Assembly (NCBI RefSeq): GCF_052425735.1
Contig: NC_135766.1
Coordinates: 11,532,001 to 11,596,000, forward strand
Length of the DNA: 64,000 nt
Source of the DNA: Oculina patagonica
Taxonomy: Eukaryota
Reading direction: 5' to 3'
Shown: positions 38,201 to 50,718 of the stretch, in pieces
Position numbering within the stretch: the first letter of the stretch is position 1
Layout: each line of letters starts with the position of its first letter
Program-made: the position numbers and the translations under genes
The notes under the pieces: model-generated
What the model saw: the letters and a program-made list of their open reading frames with translations, nothing else
Databases searched by the model: none
Told to the model about the DNA's origin: nothing

Positions 38201-40132
38201 TTGGTAAAAGGGGGATATCTTGGCATATCTCTGTTGTGTTTCGTCGCCTAAGTGGTGTTCTACAGTCACAAGCGTTTGTTCATGTAATCCAATCTTGTTC
38301 ACAAGAAAGCCACGCTGCTGTGATGATAATGCAGCACGTTCTGCAAACGCTGAAAAGTGAACACCCAGAGGTAACCCAGGCATTCTTCCGCCAAGATAAT
38401 GCCGGGTGTTACCACTGCTCCAACACAGTCTCGTCTCTAGCACAAATGGAAAGGGTGGTTGGCATCAAAGTTATAGGCGTGGATTTCAGCGATCCTCAGG
38501 GTGGCAAGGGGCCAGCTGACAGGCTTGCTGCCACCTGCAAATGCCACATCAGAATTCATATTAACGAGGGTCACAATGTAACAACCGCACAAGAAATGAA
38601 AGAAGCTTTGCTCTCACATGGAGGAATTGCAGGCGTAAGAGTAGCTGTAATACCTTGTATAGAGGAGCCCTCGGTGCTGGAGCAGAAGATACCTGGGATA
38701 AACAAGCTTAACAATTTTGCATTCACTGACGATGGGCTCCTGGTCTATCGCGCTTACGGCATTGGGCCAGGCAAAAGCCTCAGTTTGCACACCGACTCAG
38801 GTAAATGGTTTACATAGTTCGTATTATTATTTAAAGAACAAGGACGGCAGCAATCATTTTACATTTATTCTGTAACAAATTAGATACACATTTACGGCAC
38901 TGTGGACAGTCATTTTTCACCCTTGTGTAAACACGTGTTCTTACGCAGGGACCGCGCAAGAAAAATTTGAGTGGGGGGCGGGGGGTGGCTGCAGGTCGAA
39001 CCCTGGAGTGACTCAACTTAGGGGAGTCGGTTGGAGGACAGGGGCATGCTCCCCCGGGAAAAAAATAAAAAAAATAACGCTACTCACTGACCTTCAGGGT
39101 CAGCATTAACTTTTTTTATGTTAGTAACTGCTGTTACTTTCGTCCTTCACAAACTAAATCAATAATATGGCTTCCAGAAACAAAATATTTTCAGTGATTT
39201 TTCGTTTGTTTTTTATTCATTATATTTTTTTTCTGTTACTGTAAAAAAGTGGGGGGGGGGGGGAAGCCCCCTAGCCCCTCCCTTTGAGCGGTCCCTGTTA
39301 CGTTTGCTGTTCTTTGTTGACAGGCGCTGTTACATCCATCTCCACTCCATTTTCTGCTGGTGACTTCAAAGAAGTGGCGCAGAAGCCAGTTAATACGCAA
39401 ACCCATTGCTCTACATCTGAGGCGGCCGAAAATGTCCAGGAGTCAGATTCAGAAGGATCTGGAGAAGCTGCTGTGTTTTCCTGCCCGCAAGAGGGGTGTG
39501 TTCGCGTTTTTCAGCGACTTTCCTCGCTTGAAAAACATCTTTCACTTGAATCTTGCACCAAAACACTGGAGAGACAGTCTTTATCAGACATCGCTAAGAT
39601 AACGTATGCTTCTCTGCTGCAAAAAGGCGCGGCACCAATTCCAAGTACGTGTCCCACGTCTACTGAACACCGCGTTGTTTCCTCGTCTATTCTTTCAGAA
39701 GGTTGGGCCCTTAGAGCCCCCCAAAAATCCTACAGATTTAATACAAAACAGAAGGAATATTTGGAGGCCAAGTTCAATGTTGGTCAAGTTACTGGAAGAA
39801 AAGTGAATCCCGATGTTGTCGCTAAAGACATGCGACGCGCAAGAGACGAGGGCGGAGAGAAACTTTTTTCTAGTTCCGAATTCCTAACGTTCCAACAAGT
39901 CACTTCGTTCTTTTCCCGTCTTGCTGCAAAAAGGCGACAGCAATTAGCCACTGAAGAAGACGTATGTGCAGCAACAGAAGAGGAAAACTTTTGTACGGCA
40001 AGAGAATCTGTTCTGTCGTCCTTAGATCTGCAACATCCGATAACATATGACCAATTCAACATTTGTGCATTGGTCCGGGAGAGCGTCATCCATGTCATGA
40101 TTGTTATCATAATAGTCGTCCCTAGAAATTAA
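35289..40132 (+). CDS. Sola3-type DDD transposase, 6 exons, about 1128 aa
   Basis: Exons 35289-35475, 35586-35801, 36064-36200, 36337-37380, 37807-38800 and 39324-40132; all GT-AG and phase-compatible. Motifs SDWAMKFLP, DWFGKRG, QDNAGCYH, GKGPADR; C-terminal zinc finger and homeodomain-like helices. Confidence 0.85.
38946..39297. mobile_element. MITE with CAGGGACCGC termini and 5-bp TSD (hAT5-like) in transposase intron 5
   Basis: TSD ttacg at 38941-38945 and 39298-39302. Confidence 0.85.
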
Positions 40133-42340
40133 CTTTTTTGTTGTGTTATATGACACTGTGTCATCTGACAAGATTTAGTAGAATACGTGTTTGCATATTA
40201 TGAGGCCCGAAGTATTACTTTTTCAAACCTATTTTATACCCCACCTGTTTCTCCACGGATCTGTCTATTTTTATGCCTTTTTTTATCGAGAAGGTGGTGG
40301 TGAGAGTGGAGGGTGATCGCCTTTTGTATGAATTATACCAACTGGTGCACCCTCTCATTGGGAGATTAAAATGTAATTTAGATTCCAATCGCTTTGCCCC
40401 GCCGCACCTCCCCTGAGGGAAGTTTGTAGGGTGATCAGACGCAAGGGAAATTACCGTGACTGGGGCTGTGTCACGTAATTGCATTCCGTGAGTTTGCGCG
40501 CGAACAAACGGTTGGTAACAATATCACACACCAGGTGCTGTTTATAGAAATGTTATATAGTGCAGAATCGTTTCACTTGTTAAAACGTCGAGTTTGGAAA
40601 CATTTCTGCCGCCCAGTTGATCATTTCTAGCGGTTGTTTAGTTTGGTTGGTTAGGAACATTGTAGACATTTATGTAAGTATATTGTGTGTACATTTAAGA
40701 AGTAATATTTATAATTTATGATCACAAACAAGCCGCAGTTTCGTTACTATTTATGTTAACACCGAGGTTATCTTTGCAACTATCGTGATGGTTAATTCAG
40801 TTTTTTTTTTAAACAGCAAAGGTTCAGGACGAGACAAATGCAAATATTAGCCGTCACGAAACTGGAAGTTTTAAATTCGTTTGAGTCACTTCCAGTAGGG
40901 TCAGCAATGCTCAAATAAATACGTTCCCCCTTAAAGAAAATAATGTTAAACATTAATAGATTTAAGCACATAAAAGGTGATTTTAACATTACACAACCGT
41001 AGTTTTGCACAATAAGACAACCTGAACTATCATTGAAGGGACGCAAATGTTTACTTTTCTCTTTTCCTTCTGTAAACACGCCGACGGTTTGATTTATTCC
41101 CGGGTAGTTTTTCTGTGATTTAATTAAGATAAAGAAATACTTACGCTCCCATCATTAAGGACTTTATACCATGAACATGTTTTAAGTAAATTGGGTCGGA
41201 TTATGTTTTATTTTGTTCTATCTATGAGAAGCGTGATTTGCCTTTAATTTAATTTATACCACGCCGTTCACATCCAGACAGAATGTCGAGACCGAAACGT
41301 ACATCTTCCTAATTACTAATCCCGCAACGAAAGCTGTTCTTTCATGCTAGGGCAACTACCAAGACCGATGCACACTGAATTTTAAAACTTGTTTAAACGT
41401 TCAAGTTCTTTCGTGGCATTAATCGGGATCTTTACGGTACAAAAGCCGCTAGGAAGAATTATATTTCGGGACAAATTCACAAATAGTTACTATAAATAGA
41501 GAGAGTCAGAGCGAAAAACAGCCTTTATGGTTAATTCTCTCAGCGGAACAGTTTTTACGGGCCACCAGTAATATTTTTCAGACAGAGAGAAGAAAGGTTT
41601 AGCTTCAATTTGGTTTTTTTTTTAACTCCAAAACAATATACCAGACCGCTTTTGACAATCTTGAAGTTAGCTAATATTCGCCCTGTTGTTTATGTTCTAG
41701 AAATGGGTCGGTTGTCGAAGATCGTAACTTTTCTCAAACGTGATATTTTCAAACAAAATATATCTGAAAGTAAACTTCAAGAGATACCCAAACAGCTGTG
41801 TAAAGGGTATACTGAGTAGTTGTTTGGTATGTATACACGAGTGTCGTGAAAACACCTTAAATTTCATCCAAAATGGTCGCCACGGTGGATGTGCTTTTCG
41901 AATTTTTAACTTTTCTTAATTTTAAAAAAAGTTAAAGGAAACTGAACCGTTTAATGTCATTTTCGAAAATAGTTTACTAAAAGGTTTATTTGGGGCAAAT
42001 AAAAATAAAATTGAAATTCCCTTTCTGTCGGACGATTCTCGAAAAATTCAGAATCTGTCTCTTAAACACGCGAATTTTACCTACATCTACATTATGGGGG
42101 TCTTGCAAAGGGAGGCATGCTCCCATCACTGCAAGACATAAAATAAAGAACAAAAAAGCAGTGGGGGGGGAGGCCTTAAAAAATATATAATAAAATATGT
42201 ACATAAGAAAAGAAATTTGTAAAAAAATGGAAATACCTATACATCAAGTAAATTTAGAATTAATCAACAACATCCTCTGTCGCGATATAGAATCCAGAAA
42301 AAAGTAAATTTAAATTATACTACATTATAGAAGAAAACAA

Positions 42341-42704
42341 CAGCTGCCTCCGTAAGATCTGCAATATCTACTGGCCCAACAAGATCACAAATGAGGAACT
42401 GTATAAGAAGACGGACAGAATGAATGTCTCTTGAAATTAGGAATCGCAGGCTGCGATGGCCTCGTCATGTGCAAAGAATTCCCAACGACAGGATAACCAA
42501 AGTTGTCATGAGATGGGCTCCAACTGAAAGGAGAAAAATAGGCAGGCCAAAAACCACCTGGTTATGGACTGTGATGAAAGAGCTGGGAGAGATGGGTCTA
42601 TCATGGGGCTAAACGCAGACCAAAGGTCAAGGCAGGGTTGGGTCGCGAAGTATTCAGTTGCGGCCTAATGTCCCCGACGGGTTGACGAGGTTGAGTGAGT
42701 TGAG
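42341..42704 (+). mobile_element. 5'-truncated RTE-like LINE 3' end
   Basis: Translates as CLRKICNIYWPNKITNEELY / RRLRW..HVQR / RKIGRPKTTW; (tgag)n tail; 16-bp TSD ttatagaagaaaacaa at 42325-42340 and 42705-42720. Confidence 0.85.
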
Positions 42705-42951
42705 TTATAGAAGAAAACAATACTGACGTGAATTCTAAACGTTGCGAGTCACTGGCGTTTTGGTATTTGTTCTGTATTAAAACTGTCATTTTCTGACCTT
42801 GAAACTATGTTTCTGCTCTTGTTTTCGACCACTTTCTCCCTCTGATCTGGTGTGTGAGCAGTCTCTCTTTTTCGCTAAAAAATCCGTGAAGCGAAAACAG
42901 CGCGAGATTTTTTAGCGAAAAAGAGAGACTCCTCGCAGTCTAGCTGTGCAG

Positions 42952-43111
42952 TAGTCCAGTCCCTAAAATCTCTCTTCCGCGCACCCTTTATGTAGGGTTT
43001 GAACTCAGGCGCAAGAAGAGAGAGTCCTTAAAGAGAAACTCTCTTTCCTCGCGCCTGGGTTCAACCCCTACATAAAGGGTGCGCGGAAGACAGAGTTCAG
43101 GGACTGGACTA
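42952..43111. mobile_element. Palindromic MITE, TAG...CTA termini, 9-bp TSD with one mismatch (Academ-like)
   Basis: Near-perfect 160-bp hairpin; flanks gctgtgcag and ggtgtgcag. Confidence 0.75.
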
Positions 43112-44884
43112 GGTGTGCAGCAAAGATGTTTGGTAAACGGACCCCCTCAGATCAGGGTTTGGAGCATTCAAAGCAGGCAGGGTTTTGCCAATGAACAGAG
43201 GCCATGCGGTGACAGTTTCACTGTTTTACTGTCAAAACTGAAATGAAACCGATTGGCCCAGGCTATCCCCGTCATTTTTAGCCGACAGGAGACTATCGTC
43301 TAGGACGACCAAAGGGTAAACTATAAATCGGCCACGCCCGATTAATAAGTCCTTGACGGTTCTTGTCGTTTTTCGGTGCCTATTCATCTTCGGCATCTTT
43401 CTCATCCACCTCTCGTTCTGTCCTGTGTCTGTCATCACACGAAAGAAAAGCTGATTCTCAAAAAATCTGCCACAAAAGGAAATTGACAAAAACAATATGA
43501 AAACCATATATCGAAAGTTTCTTATTCTAAAATTTTATCATACGTCTTAATTCAGAGCTACAAAGAAGTTCCTCCTTTTGAGTTATTGATACTGTTCTTA
43601 CAGTACCTCTTTCCACTAGCGAAATTTTACAAAATTCCTTCGCGGCGAAAAGGTAGCGCGAATCCAGAACAGACTCCAATCGAGAGTGGGTTAATTCTAG
43701 ATTACTATTAATTAACTATTACAACATTCATTTTTAAAATAGTTTCCCAAGCCGACTAAGCTAACTAAACGTCGAGTGTATCTTTCAGTAAACAAAACAT
43801 GCCGTTATGACGCCGGAAATCCAGCTCACGCATACTATACCCCGTGACTCACGCAAACCTCCGACTTACGTGCTACTACAGTCATTCCTTTCTAAACATT
43901 TTTTTTGACCACCACCGTACCTTTCTACCCAAAAAACTCATGAAACCGCCCGGTTTTAACCTGTTTTAACCTTTCAAAAATTAGAGCGTTCGAAACTAAA
44001 TAAGATCCGTAATCACAAACAACATACAGCCGTTTACCAGCACTCTTTAAAACTCCTGAAACCCTTCAAAATCAGGCAAAATAAATCTTTGAAATAACCT
44101 TTATCAATGTTTCTTATTTTTTATTCAGTTCTATAAAATGCCTTTCATACACTACTGTCAAACAAAAATTTCAATTTCCTCAAAGTTTCAAGACAAAAGA
44201 ATAACAAATATTTCGTGCACAATGTAATTTGATTAAGCCAATATTATCACGCCTAAAAATACTTCAAGCAATTCAGTGAAAACCCGTTTTTTTTTCGTAT
44301 CAACGAAAACCACTTTCGAATAATCAATACATGAAAAAAACAATAAGATCAAAAGGAAGAAAGGAACCTTTCTAATTATTTGAAGACTTTCAAAGCCGTG
44401 ATATTATGCATCCAATCCGCGATAAAATTTAATTACAACAAAATCCAAGTTCTCATTTTGAAGTCCATTTTTTTCAGTTGATACCTTTATCCAACTTGTG
44501 AAAAATTCCATTCAAGTTCCTATTAATACTGTACATTCCCAATGTTTTGCTCAGGTCTTCAGAAGCGTCTTACTAACCAAATCTAAAATAATTCCAAAAC
44601 ATGCTGTACAAACATTCTACTCTTTGTGACAAACGACTTGACGACCAATTGTTCAGAAATGAAAATCGACACAGTTCTTGCTAAATAAAAAAAAAGTTTT
44701 ACGGCGGAGTCAGGCTCAAAAAATATACCGCAAGATCACACCCCCATTCATAGTCAGAAACCAGCAAACCATCTAGTTTGCTAAAAAAAACACTGCGTGA
44801 CATCAATGACGTTACCTTTTTCATTTACAAAAATAACTTTAACTTGTCAAAGTAAGTGCAATTTCACAATGGTGAATATCAGTA

Positions 44885-45908
44885 CAGTATGGGGCCCAGT
44901 TCTCGGCCGAGTCCAGTTCTCGGCCACTTTGTGTTTAACGCGTTTTTTCACACTCCAGTTGAATTAAAAGAAAAAGGTATTTCCTTCAAACGATAGACTG
45001 ATTCATGTGCTTTAAGTATCTTGAGTTTGATCGTTCAATTCGATATAGAAAGCTCACACGTCGAGTTTACGCGGAGGTAGGTGAATTTGCATTCCCGAAA
45101 AATTTGTTTGTTTACGGCTCCTTAAAATTCATGGATGTAGTTAAATTCGTATTTTATCCAAAAGCCCCCACCATACGAGCTAATTTTTGGCATGTGAAAC
45201 GTAGAATAATTCAGCTTTCTGCTTTAGTTAACTTTTCGTTGAACCGTTGTATTTTTTGGTCTTAATTTACTTCGAAATTTTTTCTTGCGACGTTGGCGTA
45301 TTTGCCAGTTCTCGGCCACCCTGCTCGCTATCACAGCTTAGCGCTTGGTTTTTAATATAATTTCATCTGCTGCTGCCAGAATGAAAGAAATAAATGTTTT
45401 AAAAATAAAGTTCAATCTTATCTCTAAGTTTTGAGCTGACTCTTGTCTTGTCTATTATTTCTACAACACCTAAATCTTTCAAGACCTTTTCACTGCAAAA
45501 TAAACCATCTAAATGCACGGGTCACACAATGCGGTTTTGCCAGAACCTGCACATAGGCAACTAGGCGCGTTAAAATCCTTCTTTTCTAAAGTAAAACAAA
45601 GCCTCATAAAAATAATTTGGGATCGATATAACATAAATAGGTTTACAGAGTGATTTTATGACTGTGAAAATTAATTGAGCATTTTTTTACAGATAATTAC
45701 GCACAAGCTTTTTAGTGGCCGAGAACTGGGCCCACAAATGGAGCTTTTATTTTTATTATTGCTCGGCCAAATTAATTTTTGACCAGCTTTACACCAAAAA
45801 GCTGAATAATGTAGCTAGCTCTGGGAGAAATTTCAAGTTCCTGCGGTTCTTCTGAGGTAAGAAATACAAGTTTACGTCAAAAGTGGCCGAGAACTGGGCC
45901 CCATACTG
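44885..45908. mobile_element. Tc1/mariner-pogo-like MITE (TA TSD)
   Basis: 24-bp TIR cagtatggggcccagttctcggcc; internal copies of ccagttctcggcc. Confidence 0.85.
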
Positions 45909-47079
45909 TACTTTGCCCCGTAAGCTTTTTTCTCTGTCCTTCCGCCGAAGCAAAAAAACACAACCTGATTACACATTAACCCAAAAGTCGACCAAGTGTG
46001 CCTGTAACGATTTCCTGTCAAAACTAAAATGAAAACCATTGCGGTATGCGTCACCCGTAGCGGTTTTGTAGCAACCCAAAGCTATCCCCGTCTTTTTGGC
46101 CGACAGGAGACTATGCTCTAGGACGACCAAAGGGTAAACTATAAATCGGCCACGCCCGATTAATAATTAAGCGTAAGAAAACTTTTATTGAATTCAATTA
46201 TTTAAACTAAATAAAATAAAATAAAAGAGATTAGTACAGGGTAATCTACATGGTCCTTTACAAAATTAAATCAAAGTTAACGTTGTCAAATCTCATAACG
46301 AGCCTGTTCATAAACGCCACACAGCGTCCCTTTTGAAAATTTTAAAATAGCAGTGACATGTACAGCTGGGAGGCCTTGTAGTCAGTCCAATCAGCGAATT
46401 CTGCGAACCCAGCCTTATAAAATGGTTCAGCCAAGGAGGGTTTCCCAGGTAACTAAGTCACTATAACAACTTCAGCGTCCATGTCATCCAAAATGATACT
46501 ACTGGTGTTGGACTGGTTTTGATGCGCAGTCTTGCTTTCAGTTGACTGATCGTAGGCCCATTTCTTATCTATGGCAAAATATAACGAACTGTTGCGAAAA
46601 CTTTCTACCGGTTCCCACCACCTTCGGATTTCCGCTTCCCGCCCTCTAGTCTCCCGCCTATGCCCTTTTTCTCCTGGGTCACTGCCTGGGTCACTGCCTT
46701 CCGCACTCTAACGATCAACAAAATCAGCGTTAAGCGCAAATGATCTATAACTGACAAGGGTAGAAAGTCTGTGGAAACAGTCAGCTTTGTACATAGGTAC
46801 ATATTTCCCACTAATTAAGTTTGCGTCGTTTATAAACACGACATTAGTATAATTATAGAAGCAAACTGCCTTGTAGTCCAGTCAGCGAATTCTACCTACC
46901 TCACCCTATAAAAGGGCTCACCCCAGGCAAGATATGAGAGAGTCTAGAATAACTTGCAAGCCCATGTTAGTTATCCTGGATTTTCGCTCTTTTCCCGTCT
47001 GGGATCAATCTTTACATTGGGCGGGGTAAGTTAGGATAGTTCAGGGACAGGACTAATTCCTTCGAGGTATTTATACAAT

Positions 47080-47363
47080 AGAGCAGTTTTCAATTGAGTG
47101 TCGTAAAACCAAAACCAATGTAATTACTTTGGCCAATCACAAAAGACACGGACAATCCAGTGAACCAATCAAAACTCGAAGCAAATACATGTAACCGGCA
47201 CGAAGCGCGGGAAAACTTGCGCGAGCGAGTCACGATTGGGTTTGGTTTTAGTTCTGATTGGCTGAAAAAAGTGGCGCGAAATTTTAAAGCCAATCACTGA
47301 GCGTAGTAATTCAAAACCAAAGCAAACGCAATTTACTTTCGACACTCAAGTGAAAACCGCTCT
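47080..47363. mobile_element. MITE with AT flanks
   Basis: at-agagcagttttcaattgagtgtcg ... cgacactcaagtgaaaaccgctct-at. Confidence 0.7.
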
Positions 47364-47474
47364 ATACTGTCTTCAACACTCGTATCAAGCTCTCTGCTAT
47401 TACATGGAAAAGTTTGAAGAGAAAGATAAGTGTACATTAAAATTTGCTAGATCCAATGAAACTGACAAGAGAGA

Positions 47475-47528
<54 letters not shown>

Positions 47529-49519
47529 TACTGAATGATTCGCGAAGGTTGTTTGAAAAAAAAAATCGAATTTTGTGCGAATTGCATGTAAGAAACCAAT
47601 CACAGGCGACGATGGCTGACTGACGGATTGCGTCACGGTTGAGCAAAGGATCACGGGTAAATTTGAGGATCTAAACCGCCTTTTTAGTGCAGAATGCACT
47701 TTTGTGATGGTTTGGTGGGCAGTCGTGTGATAAACCCCTAACGCGCTAATGTGTAAACTTTTAATCACCAATTAATTAATTAAGACGAGATTTTTTTGAA
47801 CTTCGAGCAACGCGCGGCCAAAATTCCCATGATGCCATTCGTCACTCGTCGGCATTCACGTGTGTTTCGCGTCCGGAGGAATGGAGAGTTCGCTTTTCTC
47901 CTTTCTCTTCGCTTTTTACCCATCTGAACGAACGGATATGAAGCAATTACTTTGGTAGAAGAAACTCCAAGTATGTAAACTGATATTTGGCCCCGATAGA
48001 AATTAGATAAAGGACTATAAAACGTCGTGATATGCATTTAACGCGGTCTGTTCTTGGAGAAGTGTGACTGATCCGGCCGGTCAACTTTCAATAACAGCAT
48101 GGAGAATCCAGTAATAAAAGGTACATGTAATATTTTACCTGTAAAAGTAATTAGTTCTTTCGTTTAGAAACAACCCTTCCTAACACAGAAATCCATTTGA
48201 AGGAACAGTTTGAAGCACCGATTGCAATATTACGGGAATATTATGACAGAGGAATTGATTTTTAGTGCAGTGTAGATTTTTTTTCGCTAGCATACTCATT
48301 CCCTTGTGATATCCTCGATCCTTGAGGGAAATTTGCGATTCTACCCTGCATTTTTATGAACTTTATTTATAAGAACATTGTTAGAATAGAGGTTTAGCCT
48401 TAAATGGTTCTGTTTCACCTTTAGAATTCTTGAACACAAGCACAATAGCATTCTTGGGATTCCCATGGATTTGTTGATCACAAATCGATCCCCGCGTGCG
48501 AAATAAATATTATTTATATTTCTTTTCAGAGAATATTCTCTTAAAACCTTGTTGTACTGAGGATTACCCACCTAAGGCAATTTATTTTATACATATTACA
48601 CTCGATACTAACATTCTTCAAGTCAAATATATTTGAACCGGTTGTTTTTTCTTCAACTCAAACTTGTAGGCTAACGCAATGTCAACAATAAAACATTGGC
48701 CGTTCAACAAGGATCAGCTTTCTTCTGGTAAGTACTGAGTTAATGAACATACTGTCATTTCGAACTTCATATATAGTGATTTTACTTTGTACGACATAAT
48801 GTTCTTGGAACTGTGACTTTTGCTCAGCAATTACGCTTCTTTCGCAACGGAAATAATTGCCTCTAAATTGAATAATGAAGCAACGTGTTCAACGCTTCAT
48901 CCTTGATTATTTGCGTTGTGTACCAGACAGTTATCATTACAAATCAGTCCTTTAAAGAATAAGCTTGCTAGTGCTGTTTAAGTTGATATGATTTCGTTTT
49001 GAACCGGTTATACGATTGCAATTTGAAAATGCGCGAGCTTGGTTTGTTTATATTGAAATTCGATAGCTGCTGCGATCGAAAAATTCTTTCACGTGCCAAG
49101 ATTCTTTTTCGACGCGTCGATGCCAAGCTGAAAATATTTCGCTTGCACGCTTTGTATTTGGACGTCGATATTTTATGGTTTTGTGAAACCGTTATGGCCA
49201 GGTCACATCATTTCCATTCTTTATCAGAAATATAAAGCTATTTCATTTTAAACACTGTTACTGAGTACTTGTCCACTTGGAATGACAACTTAATCGATCT
49301 GTCGGTTTTGTAAATGCCATTTATTTGCGGTTTCTTATAGGTCAGTATTTGTTTGGGTTTGAGGTAAAACTTTCCTTTGATCAGAAATTCTTTTTCCTTG
49401 TTTTAAACATCAAAATTCCCGCCTTTTTCCTGAGCTGGTGACCGTCACGGAAAGCGCGGCAAAGTTGGCGCGCAGCGCGACGCAAGCCATCCGGCTTTTG
49501 CTATTGTTGTGTCGCCAAC

Positions 49520-49963
49520 ATGTCTGCAAAACGGCCGAAGTTCCCACTCAGGTAGTATAGAATTTGCAAGCGTTTCATTTGGAGTACTACAGTTTATCGT
49601 ATTTCTTAAGTTAAACCATAAAAAATACTAATTTCACTTAAATGCTGTGACATTATAGTGCCAATGCAATAATGCTTAAGCGCCGAAAAATGCAGACGGG
49701 AAGTTACAAGGTGCAAGGTGTTGTTTTTCCGGAAAAAGTAGAGAGGTATTTTTTTTTTCAAATCTGAATTTCATCCTAATCAATCAAATCTTGCAAGAAG
49801 AGAATTTAAGTTTTCTTTTCCTACAATTGCATTATATTTCAGAACCCCCGAAGAGATCGAAAAACAACAGGAAGAGGAATTGAAGAGAAGAATGGAGCTA
49901 GAAGAAAGATTGGCAAAGGAAAAGAAAAAGAAAGAAAACAAAAAGAAAATAATAAATTTATAG
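49520..49963 (+). CDS. Predicted 3-exon, 79-aa basic/coiled-coil protein inside the second Sola3 element
   Basis: gccaacATG start; exons 49520-49551, 49659-49745 and 49843-49963; two GT-AG phase-2 introns (107 and 97 nt); open frame MSAKRPKFPLSANAIMLKRRKMQ...EEELKRRMELEERLAKEKKKKENKKKIINL; CpG-rich upstream region. Confidence 0.55.
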
Positions 49964-50718
49964 ATTGGCATAATATGCAGCATTGTTTATTAGCTATCAA
50001 TCTGTGAGCTGTGTTTTCTTTCTTTTCAACATCTTTTCTAAATTAATAGCCTATCCTAGACCTTTTAGCTGAGCGATTCCTCAACCAACCCCCACCCCTT
50101 GGGTTTGCACTCGTTACTCTCCCACTGTTTTTATTTTTGCCGATTGTAAGAGAATATAGAGGGTCTGTAAACACACTAATTTAAATGTATGAAACATTTT
50201 TTTTAACAGTATGTCATAATAAACCTCCAGTGAGCGTGAAAAATTGTTTAAAACTATGTAATTATTGGTATAATTTCCCTTCAAGTCAGTATAGTTCTCT
50301 TATGATTTAAGGGATCCTTTTGACTCACTCTCAATCCTATACTGTTTATTGACCCTCGCTCCTCAAAGATATTTTCGGATTTAAAATTCAAACAAATTAA
50401 GGTACAATCACTATATTCTATTGGAAACGTAGAAAGTGCGATTCTAAAGTGGCAAAACATCATGCTAAGGACCTGTGTCCTCAAAATACTGACAAACAAA
50501 ATCATTGTCACAGGTTCACTAATATCTCAGAAATATAATGATTCTCAAGATGCTATAATTTCAGGGTTTGTGACAATCCTTCATGTCAGCTTGAAAATGT
50601 TCTTGCAGGATCACATAGTGTTATGATAACAACTACTTATTGACTAGTGGGAGGCCTGGATGGAACACATTTTGGCTAGAGGTCATGGCATACAGACTAA
50701 ATACAGCTTAGTCAACAA

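Larger units (their letters stand above)
33742..42061 (+). mobile_element. Full-length Sola3-type DNA transposon, 8.3 kb
   Basis: GAG...CTC termini; TTAA TSD at 33738-33741 and 42062-42065; near-identical TIRs at 33742-34634 and 41170-42061; internal DDD transposase. Confidence 0.9.

Noticed and set aside
40215-41079. Accessory gene on the minus strand of the first Sola3 element
   Set aside because: No consistent exon chain could be built and no motif was recognisable.
33742-42061. piggyBac or Kolobok assignment from the TTAA TSD
   Set aside because: GAG...CTC termini, very long TIRs and the transposase motifs fit Sola3 better.
48290-49320. Second accessory gene on the minus strand of the Sola3 element, divergent from the 79-aa gene
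   Set aside because: Some exon-like pieces exist (49320-49262, 48862-48753, 48571-48419), but the connecting segment 48670-48613 has stops in all three frames and would need a 41-nt intron.
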